From assembly GCA_014728875.1 (NCBI GenBank), contig WJKV01000011.1, positions 55-24,054 of the forward strand: a stretch of DNA of 24,000 nt, read 5' to 3'. The position numbers were made by a program, and so were the translations under genes. Positions 23,188 through 24,000 of this stretch are shown one piece after another. The notes under the pieces were generated by a model that made no database searches, was not told where the DNA came from, and saw nothing but the letters and a program-made list of their open reading frames with translations. The stretch comes from Candidatus Woesearchaeota archaeon (GTDB lineage Archaea; Nanobdellota; Nanobdellia; Woesearchaeales; WJKV01). Position 1 is the stretch's first letter, and each line of letters opens with the position of its first letter.

Positions 23188-24000
23188 TGAGATTAGTCAG
23201 AAACAAAAAAGCAGTATTGAGCTTCTTTCTGGTAGTTGTTGCCACATTCGTATTCGCTTATGCATATTTCAAGCTGGGCGGAACAGTCGGCCCTGTGACA
23301 AAACTGGTAGGAAACAATGAATTCGTTCTTGTCCAGCAGTATGAGAAAGGGGAAGCTGCCAGGCTCTACCTTGACCTGGCTGCGCATAACAGCAAGAACA
23401 AGGCGTTGTATCTTTTCGAGCAGAACGGCCATTTTCCAGACTGCGGCAAGAACGGCTTGTACTTTTTTTGGAAAAATGAAGACAATACATGCTATCCCAC
23501 AGACCATTCGATTTCAAACGGCCTGAGCACTGTGTTTATCCGGCTGCTGAATCCTTATGTCAAGAATTATAAAAAGATCTTGTTGCCAGAATTTTCTTCT
23601 GCGGACTTGGCATTCAACTTGGCAGAAAAGAAACTGATTGCGTATCCTTTCAACAGCATCAATATAAGCTCAAACCCTCGTTATCTGATAAATCCTGGAT
23701 TTTCAGTGAATCTCAATCATGATTTTGATTACAAGAAAATAAAAGAATTTATAGAAGGCGTGAACAATGAATGCAGAAATCTGCAGGATTTGAATGTTGT
23801 TGGAAAAACTGAATTAAGCAGTTGCGTGGCTGGTTATGTAGATAAATTCAACAAACAAAACAGCCAGATAAGGATCGAGCAGGACTGCGGGCCTGATGCG
23901 CAGATGGACAGGTTCATCGAAGATTATAAATTGTGCGCAGAAAGCCTGGACAGGGGCTGCTACTGCGAGATTGACCTGTCCTTCGACAAAAGCGGGTTGA
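23184..24000 (+). CDS. Class III-like signal-peptide protein, partial (first 272 aa; continues past the window end)
   Basis: Not in the ORF track because there is no stop in the window. My translation from the ATG at 23184 (ATGA overlap with the upstream stop; GGGTGA 4 nt upstream) is MMRLVRNKKA|VLSFFLVVVATFVFAYAYFKLGGTVGPVTKLVGNNEFVLVQQYEKGEAARLYLDLAAHNSKNKALYLFEQNGHFPDCGKNGLYFFWKNEDNTCYP...DRGCYCEIDLSFDKSGL, open to position 24000. Confidence 0.75.
   Translation, partial: MMRLVRNKKAVLSFFLVVVATFVFAYAYFKLGGTVGPVTKLVGNNEFVLVQQYEKGEAARLYLDLAAHNSKNKALYLFEQNGHFPDCGKNGLYFFWKNEDNTCYPTDHSISNGLSTVFIRLLNPYVKNYKKILLPEFSSADLAFNLAEKKLIAYPFNSINISSNPRYLINPGFSVNLNHDFDYKKIKEFIEGVNNECRNLQDLNVVGKTELSSCVAGYVDKFNKQNSQIRIEQDCGPDAQMDRFIEDYKLCAESLDRGCYCEIDLSFDKSGL

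Noticed and set aside
1-24000. tRNA, rRNA, CRISPR arrays, transposases/IS elements, integrases, toxin-antitoxin or defence genes
   Set aside because: Intergenic gaps are all under 100 nt, too small for such elements. I saw no spaced direct repeats and no inverted terminal repeats, and no credible ORF shows DDE, recombinase or nuclease motifs.
1-24000. Bacterial (CPR-type) origin, suggested by the G|FTF-like prepilin at 22016, the PlsC-like gene and the Amidase_3 fold
   Set aside because: The Rpp30-type RNase P protein is restricted to archaea and eukaryotes. TATA-like promoter elements, an oligo-T terminator, and K-G|Q/K-A| prepeptides lacking the bacterial +5 Glu pattern all favour an archaeon. 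The bacterial-looking pieces are better read as acquired domains.

Overview
The window is almost certainly archaeal. It has an RNase P Rpp30-type subunit, TATA-box-like elements about 25-45 nt upstream of several starts, an oligo-T terminator, and many archaeal class III (type IV prepilin-like) signal peptides. An uncultivated, DPANN-like surface-dependent lifestyle is only a guess.

Layout: the left edge holds a divergent housekeeping pair, a partial PlsC-family acyltransferase on the minus strand (1..379, not in the ORF track) and RNase P component 3 (478..1113). From 1175 to the window end, every credible gene is on the + strand with tiny gaps or 4-8 nt overlaps, forming a ~23 kb cell-surface locus.

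Contents of that locus:
- one Sec-type secreted protein;
- 16 proteins with class III signal peptides, from 48 to 494 aa (one is below the ORF-track cutoff and one runs off the window end);
- one small single-pass membrane protein;
- a 3507-aa giant surface protein. It has a signal peptide, Cys-rich knots, CarboxypepD_reg-like and FN3/Ig-like beta-sandwich modules, about 14 thrombospondin-type-3-like Asp-rich Ca-binding repeats, one C-terminal TM helix, and a ~190-aa Lys/Glu/Pro-rich cytoplasmic tail.

One pilin-like protein carries a C-terminal Amidase_3 (MurNAc-L-Ala amidase) fold whose metal and catalytic residues look mostly substituted.

I saw no pilus ATPase, platform protein or prepilin peptidase, and no tRNA, rRNA, CRISPR or transposase. 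All domain calls are by-eye motif recognition and need HMM or structure confirmation.
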